Below are positions 43,406-50,602 of a DNA stretch of 53,795 nucleotides, piece by piece (the first letter of the stretch is position 1; each line of letters begins with the position of its first letter). Under the pieces are notes generated by a model, which worked only from the letters and a program-made list of their open reading frames with translations, had not been told where the DNA came from and did no database searches. Made by a program: the position numbers and the translations under genes. Source of the stretch: a virus. The DNA lies in UHGV virus genome UHGV-0191815; one strand, written 5' to 3'.

Positions 43406-43574
43406 TTTCTTATCCTCTTTTGCTTCCTCCGGTTCATCCGGTCTTTTAAATCCTTTTTCTGTTTCCTGTTAGTTTTAGGGGTTTTCGCCTCCCTCGTTCC
43501 TTCGGTTGGCTGTGCCTCAAGTCTTAATCCCTTATTCCTTCGACCTTCTTTTCTCTCTCTTCCTTTGACTTCTT

Positions 43575-43614
43575 TATACAAAATGTATACGTTGAAGTGA
43601 AGACATTTTGTATA
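43575..43614. promoter_or_regulatory. Pair of inverted palindromic motifs (TATACAAAATGTATAC and ACATTTTGTATA) flanking gttgaagtgaag
   Basis: Read directly; about 40 bp upstream of the tape measure start and upstream of minus-strand cassette 1. Confidence 0.5.
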
Positions 43615-43654
43615 AAATAGGGATCTGGATCACGCTTTTTAGTGAGGTAAAATC

Positions 43655-45994
43655 ATGTCGGGTAGTTTAGGTACAATCTATTACGAAGTTGATGCAAAAA
43701 CTGGTCAGCTTCTTGTCGCTCAGAGACAGGCAGACCAGGCTTTTGACAGCATCGAGCGTGGCGCAAAACGCGCTGACCGCCAGGTGAATACGCTTAAGAC
43801 TTCAATCAAAGCACTATCCAGGGTCATCCATCTGTTACTTGCTGCTGAGGCTGTGCGCCAGTTTATTGACATGGCGGAACAAGCAAAAATGCTTCGCGTA
43901 AAAATCAAACTGCTTACAGGTGAAGCGGAGGCCACGGAACGTGTTTTCAACAGACTGAAAGATATATCAAAAGAAACAGGCCAAAGCCTCGAGGATACTG
44001 GCGACCTGTGGCAAGGGCTTGCTATATCGCTAAAAAACACATCCGCTACAGAAGGCCAGGTCTTAAACCTGGTCAGCACGCTGCAAAAACTAGGCAACCT
44101 GGGCGGCGTGTCTGCGGAACAGCTATCTAACTCCATGCGCCAGTTCCGCCAGGCTATTGATGCTGGCGTGTTGCAGGCTGAAGAATTTAACTCAATACGT
44201 GACAACACACCAACAATCATACAGGAAATGGCCCGCCAAATGGGGTTATCAATGGGTCAGTTCCGCGCTGAAATGCTGGACGGTAAGATCACGGCTGAAA
44301 GGATGCTTAACGCGATCCAGGCCGCTACGCAGGAAACAAACGAGAAGTTCGCACAGTTGCCGCGCACATCAGACATGGCCTTCAACGAGCTAAAAGTTGA
44401 GGTGATGGGCTTTGTCGAACAGTTAGACGATCTTTTCGGCATATCAGATGGCGTTGTGTCAGCAATAGACTTAATCACTGGTGGCGCTGAGGGATTAGGT
44501 AAAGGCGCAAAATTCGCCGCAACCTGTTTCAACACACTGAAAACCGCTGGTAGCGAGTTCATCGACATGTTTGACGATGTTGCTGTTAAAGCTGGTGAGG
44601 TGGCGGAAGAAATCATCAGAATGGTGACGCCAATCAAGGCGCTAATGGATGGCTACAAATGGATGAAGGAAATCATTGACAAACGCAAGGAAGAGCTAAA
44701 CAGCAACAACGAGAAGAAATTTGGCCCTACCATTGGCAAATTTATGACATTCAAGAATGACATAGAAAAAGCCACAGCCGCCTATGATGAGTTTATGCAG
44801 AAACAGGGTGAGGCTGACGATGGCAAGATCACGGGATTCGATCAGCCAGTTGGTAAGCCGAAAAAAGGCAAAAAGAACAAGAAATCAGAAGCTGATCGGC
44901 TTGGTGATGAAGGTATAAAAGTCTCCGACCAGTACAACAAGGACGCCGCCGCCATGCGTAAGGCACTGGAGAACGGCAAGGCCATTGATGCTGCGTTCGC
45001 TCAGGGCAAAATAACCCTCCTTGAGTACAAGGCCGCGCAGAAAGGGATAGGCAAGGAACTGAAAGACGAATTGGCGCAAATACCTGTCGATGAGCTACGC
45101 GACAAATGGGACCACATAGTCAGCCCGATGGACCAGCTTAAGGGCGAAATTGACCCAATCAAGCAGGCGCAAAATGAATGGGCTGTTCGAAAACAAATGC
45201 TGATAGACCTGGGCGCTACAGAGGCGCAACAGAAACAGGCGCTATTGGAATACGAACAACAGATCCGGGATCTGAAATGGGAACAATGGCAGGCGCAAAG
45301 CGACACAAACGGCCTGATTGGTGCGTGCGTCAGCGGCCTGAAAGGTGGCATGGGTAATGCCCTTACCGGACTGCTAAACGGTACTCAATCGCTAAGTGAG
45401 GTTTTCGCCAACCTGGGAAGCAGCATACTCAATACTGTTGGCAATAAACTATCAGAAATTGCCGCTAACTGGATAGCAGATCAATTGATGATGGAAACGC
45501 AAAGCAAGGCTACACAGGCAAGTACAACGGCTGGCGCTGTTGCTGCCCAGGGTGAGATCGCGGCTGCTGCGGCCCCGGCGGCGGCGGCAACTGCTGCATC
45601 GACTGGCGGTAGCTGGGCGGCGGCTGGTGCTGCGGCGCTTTCTGCGATCATGTCACTGGCAACGTCAATTTTTGGTGGCGGGCGTTATAATGGTGGTTCT
45701 GTGAATGGTGGAAGTCTGTACCGCGTAGGTGAGCACGGGATTCCTGAGCTATTCCAGACGAGCAACGGGCGTCAGTATATGATTCCTGGCGAAAATGGTA
45801 GGGTAATTCCTGGCCGCGATCTCTTTAATGGTGGCGGCATCAATATGCCTGTTAACATCACCGTACAGACCACAAACGGATTTAGCGACGAAGACGGTCG
45901 CAGACTTGAACAGACGATGGAACGCGTAGCAATGAAAATGATGGCAAGGGAATCGCAACGACCTGGAGGAATGTTGCAACCGCGCCGCAAATAA
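43655..45994 (+). CDS. Tail tape measure protein
   Basis: 779 aa, alpha-helical, Ala/Gly-rich segments; position before the tail tip genes. Confidence 0.85.
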   Translation: MSGSLGTIYYEVDAKTGQLLVAQRQADQAFDSIERGAKRADRQVNTLKTSIKALSRVIHLLLAAEAVRQFIDMAEQAKMLRVKIKLLTGEAEATERVFNRLKDISKETGQSLEDTGDLWQGLAISLKNTSATEGQVLNLVSTLQKLGNLGGVSAEQLSNSMRQFRQAIDAGVLQAEEFNSIRDNTPTIIQEMARQMGLSMGQFRAEMLDGKITAERMLNAIQAATQETNEKFAQLPRTSDMAFNELKVEVMGFVEQLDDLFGISDGVVSAIDLITGGAEGLGKGAKFAATCFNTLKTAGSEFIDMFDDVAVKAGEVAEEIIRMVTPIKALMDGYKWMKEIIDKRKEELNSNNEKKFGPTIGKFMTFKNDIEKATAAYDEFMQKQGEADDGKITGFDQPVGKPKKGKKNKKSEADRLGDEGIKVSDQYNKDAAAMRKALENGKAIDAAFAQGKITLLEYKAAQKGIGKELKDELAQIPVDELRDKWDHIVSPMDQLKGEIDPIKQAQNEWAVRKQMLIDLGATEAQQKQALLEYEQQIRDLKWEQWQAQSDTNGLIGACVSGLKGGMGNALTGLLNGTQSLSEVFANLGSSILNTVGNKLSEIAANWIADQLMMETQSKATQASTTAGAVAAQGEIAAAAAPAAAATAASTGGSWAAAGAAALSAIMSLATSIFGGGRYNGGSVNGGSLYRVGEHGIPELFQTSNGRQYMIPGENGRVIPGRDLFNGGGINMPVNITVQTTNGFSDEDGRRLEQTMERVAMKMMARESQRPGGMLQPRRK

Positions 45995-45999
45995 TTAAA

Positions 46000-46030
46000 A
46001 CCCCGGTACAATGCCGGGGTTATCTTTATT
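46000..46030 (+). terminator. Terminator after the tape measure gene
   Basis: Stem accccgg / ccggggt with loop tacaatg, then T-rich tract. Confidence 0.55.
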
Positions 46031-46205
46031 CAATTTCATCATTCTTAAATTCGCCGTTTGCATAAAGCTGTAATGCGCTTATCAGTTCGTCGGCTTGCTT
46101 TTTGTCTATTACAATCATCTCGCAGTCGCTAACGATCCATAATCTTCCATCATCTTCAACACTAAGATCAATCCTTCTGCATTCTTCAGTCTCGTTAATA
46201 ATCAT
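46026..46205 (-). CDS. 59-aa acidic protein (cassette 2)
   Basis: MIINETEECRRIDLSVEDDGRLWIVSDCEMIVIDKKQADELISALQLYANGEFKNDEIE. Confidence 0.35.
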   Translation of the reverse strand: MIINETEECRRIDLSVEDDGRLWIVSDCEMIVIDKKQADELISALQLYANGEFKNDEIE

Positions 46206-46243
46206 TATAAACCTTCATTATTTTATTAATTTAGTGAATAAAT

Positions 46244-46414
46244 TTACTCAAATCTTGTATACCCTCTTTCAATTTTCCCTCCTCTTACACTTCTTGCGAA
46301 TACGGCATCTGTGTATCTGAAAAACGGTTCTTTGTATGTCTCGCCTTTACTATCCATCCATTTTAGCACCCATGCCATACGTTTTACATTGCTTTTATTT
46401 GCCGGGTTTTTCAT
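46244..46414 (-). CDS. 56-aa basic protein (cassette 2)
   Basis: MKNPANKSNVKRMAWVLKWMDSKGETYKEPFFRYTDAVFARSVRGGKIERGYTRFE. Confidence 0.35.
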   Translation of the reverse strand: MKNPANKSNVKRMAWVLKWMDSKGETYKEPFFRYTDAVFARSVRGGKIERGYTRFE

Positions 46415-46435
46415 TTTATTTTCCTCCGCAAATCA

Positions 46436-46525
46436 CAACCTGCCGTTTCTTGCTATGTAGCTGCGAGCAAACATCACCTGCCAGATGTTCCAGATCTCCC
46501 GCCATGTGAATTTATCGTCATCCAT
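46436..46525 (-). CDS. 29-aa peptide (cassette 2)
   Basis: MDDDKFTWREIWNIWQVMFARSYIARNGRL. Confidence 0.25.
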
Positions 46526-46533
46526 ATTTCACC

Positions 46534-46788
46534 TCATTTATGCGCACCTTTTACGCCACAGTGGCGGTTGTATTCCAGATGGTCAATAATTAACCACATC
46601 TTTAAATCTTCGCTGAATAACCGCCAATCGGGGTTGATGTCAAATTTATAGCCGTAGCCATCGCGTAATTTTTTGGGGTTGGCCTCTTTTTTCAGGAAAG
46701 AATTTAATAAAGCCTTGCCTTTCTTGATGATCCGTTCCTGGGCGTTTTTCTGTGCTTTCAGGTTTTTGCTAATCATTACCAATTTCAT
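46534..46788 (-). CDS. 84-aa basic protein (cassette 2)
   Basis: MKLVMISKNLKAQKNAQERIIKKGKALLNSFLKKEANPKKLRDGYGYKFDINPDWRLFSEDLKMWLIIDHLEYNRHCGVKGAHK; RBS aaaggggga. Confidence 0.5.
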   Translation of the reverse strand: MKLVMISKNLKAQKNAQERIIKKGKALLNSFLKKEANPKKLRDGYGYKFDINPDWRLFSEDLKMWLIIDHLEYNRHCGVKGAHK

Positions 46789-46826
46789 AACATCCCCCTT
46801 TGTGCAACGTCTTTCTTATTTGCTTT

Positions 46827-46884
46827 CTGTATACAATATGTAATTGCCGAAGTGAAGCCATTTTGAAAACTAGCTATAATCATT
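46827..46884. promoter_or_regulatory. Palindromic motif ctgTATACAATATGTAa plus candidate plus-strand promoter for the tail tip operon (-35 GTGAAG, -10 TATAAT)
   Basis: -10 TATAAT at 46875-46880 with a 17-bp spacer; motif 46830-46842; gaagtgaag box shared with the site at 43591-43600. Confidence 0.45.
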
Positions 46885-46955
46885 GTGACGAAGTTCTCAT
46901 TTTTCGCGTATAAGCGCGTAAAGATGTATGCAATATGTAACTTATAGGGGGAATC

Positions 46956-47309
46956 ATGCCAGAAGTTTTCAAATGGACGCCGCAAAGAAGCTACAGCGTG
47001 ACCAGGGAACCAAATGTGTCGGTCGTTAAACTTGGTGATGGTTATGAACAGCGCCAGGTGAAAGGGATTAACACGTTGCTTGATAGCTATACCCTGGTTT
47101 TTAAAGGAAGTAGCGCCGGATGTGGTGATGGTGGAAACGTGGCGATCCAGGCTGAAGCATTTTTGAGGGCGCGCGGCGCTGTCGAGACTTTTTACTGGAC
47201 GCCTTCGATGGATGGTGTGCAAAGGCTTTTCGTTTGTCGTAGCTGGAGTATGACCAAAGACGGGCCTGTGTACACGTTAAACGCAACGTTTGAACAAGTT
47301 GTTGGCTAA
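46956..47309 (+). CDS. M: Tail tip protein M
   Basis: Collinear similarity to lambda gpM: ...KLGDGYEQRQ...SYTLVFKG...FYWTP...ATFEQVV. Confidence 0.8.
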   Translation: MPEVFKWTPQRSYSVTREPNVSVVKLGDGYEQRQVKGINTLLDSYTLVFKGSSAGCGDGGNVAIQAEAFLRARGAVETFYWTPSMDGVQRLFVCRSWSMTKDGPVYTLNATFEQVVG

Positions 47310-47324
47310 TGGTGGGGGGTTGTT

Positions 47325-47510
47325 ATGTACGGTTTTTGTGTGGTTGATAAGACTGAATCTTTTACATTATTCGCAGACTATGAGATCAACGACCTTGCTG
47401 TAAAAGCTGACAATGGCGATACATGGTATTTGCATGATATGGGTGACGGGTATGTCGGGTGCAGATCCAGGGAGGGTAAGGAGGTTTTATTTTTGGTTGA
47501 TGGTGTATAA
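47325..47510 (+). CDS. Hypothetical small protein (61 aa) inserted after M
   Basis: MYGFCVVDKTESFTLFADYEINDLAVKADNGDTWYLHDMGDGYVGCRSREGKEVLFLVDGV; followed by a terminator. Confidence 0.45.
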   Translation: MYGFCVVDKTESFTLFADYEINDLAVKADNGDTWYLHDMGDGYVGCRSREGKEVLFLVDGV

Positions 47511-47516
47511 AAACAA

Positions 47517-47540
47517 CCCCGCGCGAAGCGGGGTTTTTCT
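47517..47540. terminator. Bidirectional terminator between M-orf61 and minus-strand cassette 3
   Basis: Stem ccccgc / gcgggg with an A-run upstream and a T-run downstream. Confidence 0.55.
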
Positions 47541-47542
47541 TG

Positions 47543-47680
47543 TTAGAAATTCATGTACATCAATCCCATTGGGTGAGCGTGCGCCATGTTGTTTGCTATT
47601 GCCGCCCAGTCCCAATCAGCAGCGTGAACACCGAAGACGATCAAGCCCATTGCGATTAGCGCTAAAACTTCGATTTTCAT
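47543..47680 (-). CDS. 45-aa peptide with signal-peptide-like N-terminus (cassette 3)
   Basis: MKIEVLALIAMGLIVFGVHA|ADWDWAAIANNMAHAHPMGLMYMNF. Confidence 0.3.
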   Translation of the reverse strand: MKIEVLALIAMGLIVFGVHAADWDWAAIANNMAHAHPMGLMYMNF

Positions 47681-47691
47681 GATCCACCCCA

Positions 47692-47763
47692 TTAGCTCAG
47701 AAAGGCATAAACTATGGCAATTGCGCCAGCCACTACCAAAACATCTTCGATAACCTTATCCAT
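47692..47763 (-). CDS. 23-aa TM peptide (cassette 3)
   Basis: MDKVIEDVLVVAGAIAIVYAFLS. Confidence 0.25.
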   Translation of the reverse strand: MDKVIEDVLVVAGAIAIVYAFLS

Positions 47764-47772
47764 AATTGCCGC

Positions 47773-48021
47773 CTATAAGTTATCGCGCAGATAATTAACT
47801 CCTTTATCGGTGACGAACGAATGATTGACCTGGTTTTCGTCCGTCATGATGATGAATAGCTTTTCCTGCAGGTATTTCGCTTTTGGGTACAGCGTTAAAC
47901 AGACCTGGTACAGTATCCCGCGCTCAATCAGCAAATCAATAAATTCGTGCTCATGATAACCGATTAGGCGGGCGGCCTGTTTCAACGTGTACACATAATC
48001 GCCGTGATTGCGCCGCCCCAT
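47773..48021 (-). CDS. 82-aa protein with possible HTH (cassette 3)
   Basis: MGRRNHGDYVYTLKQAARLIGYHEHEFIDLLIERGILYQV... Confidence 0.5.
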   Translation of the reverse strand: MGRRNHGDYVYTLKQAARLIGYHEHEFIDLLIERGILYQVCLTLYPKAKYLQEKLFIIMTDENQVNHSFVTDKGVNYLRDNL

Positions 48022-48030
48022 GTTGCCGCC

Positions 48031-48381
48031 TTATTTATCGAATGCGCCCAGGTTATCAATGCAGAAGTCTTTCGCCGCTTTTTCGTATTCGCGTTTTGCC
48101 TCAGGATCGTCAGCCGGGAAGCCTTTTGCGTGGATTTCACCAGGGCAAGATTGATCCATAGAGTCTGCAAATTCAACATTGACATTGAAGTTAATATCTT
48201 TCGGGTTCATCTCTTCCACCTTATCCGGCACCTGGACCGGAGTAATATCAAAATCACGAGCGTTAGACCAACAGAGAAGCAATTCTCGACCTTCATCACG
48301 CGCTGCGGCATATGTATCAAACAGGCCCATGCGCTCCCATTCACATTTATCAGTCCACACGTCTAACCTGTATTTTTGCAT
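48031..48381 (-). CDS. 116-aa acidic hypothetical protein (cassette 3)
   Basis: MQKYRLDVWTDKCEWERMGLFDTYAAARDEGRELLLCWSNARDFDITPVQVPDKVEEMNPKD...; the overlapping plus-strand ORFs are Ser-rich and look like antisense artefacts. Confidence 0.55.
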   Translation of the reverse strand: MQKYRLDVWTDKCEWERMGLFDTYAAARDEGRELLLCWSNARDFDITPVQVPDKVEEMNPKDINFNVNVEFADSMDQSCPGEIHAKGFPADDPEAKREYEKAAKDFCIDNLGAFDK

Positions 48382-48388
48382 TTCGTTA

Positions 48389-48565
48389 ACCTCTCATTTG
48401 ACAGGTTCGATCTCGTACCCCAAAACGCGTTCGTCTTCAGCAAGTAAAAGTGCGTCAACCAGTGCCTCTCCTTCATCTTTATACATGGCAACAAGCATTT
48501 CCCTGCCATCCGCTAGGAACACCGTCAACCTCCACACCTTATCGTCCACATCACACCTCCGCGCC
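48389..48565 (-). CDS. 58-aa hypothetical protein (first gene of cassette 3)
   Basis: MARRCDVDDKVWRLTVFLADGREMLVAMYKDEGEALVDALLLAEDERVLGYEIEPVK; RBS gcaggg. Confidence 0.4.
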
Positions 48566-48592
48566 ATTTTGTTAACCCTGCTTCATTTTGAG

Positions 48593-48610
48593 TACAATAT
48601 ACATATTGTA
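48593..48610. promoter_or_regulatory. Perfect 8-bp inverted repeat TACAATAT-ac-ATATTGTA upstream of cassette 3 and of gene L
   Basis: Read directly; a candidate -35 TTGATC for the minus-strand cassette lies nearby. Confidence 0.5.
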
Positions 48611-48677
48611 AAAAACGCGATCAACCGTTCTGGTATGGTTTAGTGTGATGGCGATCACAAAATGACAAGGTGATAAA

Positions 48678-49382
48678 ATGCGCAACATACCTACAGAGAT
48701 GATTATTGATTCCGTTGATGCCGGAGTCGGCGCGGTAATTGACTTATTCGAACTGGACCTGACGCCCCTGGGTGGCGAGGTTATCCGCTTCCATTCCGGC
48801 GCGAATGGCTATTACGGCCCGGTTATCTGGAAGGGAGTGACTTACAACAGCTACCCAATCGAGGCGACTGGCTTCGAAATGAAAAACGAAGGCGTTTACT
48901 CACGCCCACAAATGGTAGTGGCAAACATTGGCGGCCTAATCACTGGGATGAATAACGATTTTAACGACCTGCGAGGGATGAAGGTTACGCGCCGCCAGGT
49001 GGAGGTGAAATACCTGGACGCCGTCAACTTCCCCAATGGCAACCCGGATGCGGATCCATCTATCGAGGCAGTATCTTTTTACGTCATTGAGGCGATGAGC
49101 GAAGAAACAGCAGACCAGGTGCAGTATGAACTGTCAACGCCAATTGATGCTGACAAGGCAGTTATCCCTGGGCGCACAATCCTCGCTGACGTTTGCCAGT
49201 GGCAATACCGGGGCGACGGTTGCGGATACAGTGGCGGGCCTGTAGCTACTGAGAAAGACGAATCTACCAGCGATCCAAAGCTGGATAAATGCAGCCACCG
49301 CCTGAGCGGTTGCCGTTTGCGTTTTCCGCGCCCGAATCCGTTACCAATTTCATGTTTCCCCGGATCAAGCAAGGTCGGTTAA
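48678..49382 (+). CDS. L: Tail tip protein L
   Basis: Collinear similarity to lambda gpL, including the C-terminal Cys cluster (...WQYRGDGCGYSG...DKCSHRLSGCRLRF). Confidence 0.85.
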   Translation: MRNIPTEMIIDSVDAGVGAVIDLFELDLTPLGGEVIRFHSGANGYYGPVIWKGVTYNSYPIEATGFEMKNEGVYSRPQMVVANIGGLITGMNNDFNDLRGMKVTRRQVEVKYLDAVNFPNGNPDADPSIEAVSFYVIEAMSEETADQVQYELSTPIDADKAVIPGRTILADVCQWQYRGDGCGYSGGPVATEKDESTSDPKLDKCSHRLSGCRLRFPRPNPLPISCFPGSSKVG

Positions 49383-49384
49383 TT

Positions 49385-50116
49385 ATGGCACTTGAAGATA
49401 AAATGATTCGCTATGCGGCAGCCCACCAGGAAGAGGAAGTGTGCGGGCTGGTGATAGATAACGATTATTTTTACCCGTGCGCTAACGTGTCTGAAACGCC
49501 TCACAACAGCTTTAAAATCTCGCCTGACGATTATATCAAAGCTGACGAATTTGGCGTTATAACCGCCGTTTTTCACTCCCATACTGACAATTCGTTGATA
49601 TTGTCAGCACGGGATCGACAACAGCAGGTTATTTCCGGCCTGCCGTGGTATTTGTGTTCCGGCGGCAGGGTGAGAAAATTTCGCCCTGTAGCGCATCTGT
49701 TAGGCCGTAAATTTGAGCACGGGAAAACAGACTGCTACTCGCTTTTTCGTGACGCATATCACCTTTGCGGCGTGGATCTGCCGGACTTTGAGCGCCACGA
49801 TGGGTGGTGGCTGCGTGGGGAAAACCTGTACATAAAGAACCTGCCATTGCACGGGTTTTTCATGGTTGACGCTCAAAGCATTCAGCCCGGTGATGTGATT
49901 ATCCGTCGGCCGTTTAAAGGCGCTGACCCATGCCACGCGATGATTTACCTGGGCGATAACACTGTTTTGCATCATGACAATGCCGGACTGTTAAGCCGCC
50001 GAGAGCAAATGCGGCCAGCGTATGTTCGGCAGACCAACTCAATATGGAGATCTGACAAATGCTCAAGTTTAGATTTACGGGCAATCTTCGAAGATATTAC
50101 GGCAAGGTGTGTTTGA
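49385..50116 (+). CDS. K: Tail tip protein K (JAB/MPN + NlpC/P60-like)
   Basis: Resembles lambda gpK (...GVITAVFHSHTDNS... and a C-terminal Cys-His region); start at ATG 49385. Confidence 0.8.
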   Translation: MALEDKMIRYAAAHQEEEVCGLVIDNDYFYPCANVSETPHNSFKISPDDYIKADEFGVITAVFHSHTDNSLILSARDRQQQVISGLPWYLCSGGRVRKFRPVAHLLGRKFEHGKTDCYSLFRDAYHLCGVDLPDFERHDGWWLRGENLYIKNLPLHGFFMVDAQSIQPGDVIIRRPFKGADPCHAMIYLGDNTVLHHDNAGLLSRREQMRPAYVRQTNSIWRSDKCSSLDLRAIFEDITARCV

Positions 50117-50589
50117 ACGTTGATACGCCAGCCCAGGGACTTGGCTTGCTGGTTGCGCAGAATCATGAGTTCAAAAAGGCGTTTTTAAGCACCCCGTTGC
50201 GCTTACGAATTGCCGGGAAAGATTATGACGAAAAGACCGCGCCCGCAGCGGTTAACAGTAAATACCCGGACGGAACCACAGTCATTGTTGCGCCAGTGGT
50301 GGAAGGTGGTATTGCGGGGATTGGCGTTGTAGGTTGGATTTTGATCGGTGTTTCGGTTGTTAGCGTTGCATTCTCGATCTTTATGTCACGCAACATGAAG
50401 ATAAAAACATCAGCAGAAAGCGCACAAGATAACACCATATCTAACAACACATACACCAGCGTTGAAAACAAGGTAGGCCAGGGTAGACCAGTGCCGATCC
50501 TGTTGGGTGAAATGAAAATAGGTTCAAACGTCGGATCGTTAGGCATAGACACAAACAACAACAGAGACGCTCTAGACGTTGTAAGTTAA
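50059..50589 (+). CDS. I: Tail assembly protein I
   Basis: Similarity to lambda gpI: N-terminal ubiquitin-like region, hydrophobic Gly-rich middle (VVEGGIAGIGVVGWILIGVSVVSVAF), C-terminal ...PVPILLGEMKIGSNV. Confidence 0.8.
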   Translation: MLKFRFTGNLRRYYGKVCLNVDTPAQGLGLLVAQNHEFKKAFLSTPLRLRIAGKDYDEKTAPAAVNSKYPDGTTVIVAPVVEGGIAGIGVVGWILIGVSVVSVAFSIFMSRNMKIKTSAESAQDNTISNNTYTSVENKVGQGRPVPILLGEMKIGSNVGSLGIDTNNNRDALDVVS

Positions 50590-50602
50590 CAGGAGAAAAA
50601 CC

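Noticed and set aside
43202-43600. 132-aa plus-strand ORF (Phe/Leu/Ser-rich) upstream of the tape measure gene
   Set aside because: Composition reflects the T-rich strand and it overlaps the minus-strand cassette genes and the leader; likely spurious.
43720-45351. Several minus-strand ORFs inside the tape measure gene (43720..44220, 44257..44637, 45001..45351)
   Set aside because: Antisense to a long, convincing tape measure ORF; Ser/Cys-rich artefact composition.
46785-47222. 145-aa minus-strand ORF
   Set aside because: Overlaps the well-supported gpM gene on the other strand and the promoter region; no RBS at a sensible internal start.
48004-48643. Two plus-strand ORFs (120 and 154 aa) between M and L
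   Set aside because: Ser-rich, low-complexity translations antisense to better-looking minus-strand ORFs (47773..48021, 48031..48381).
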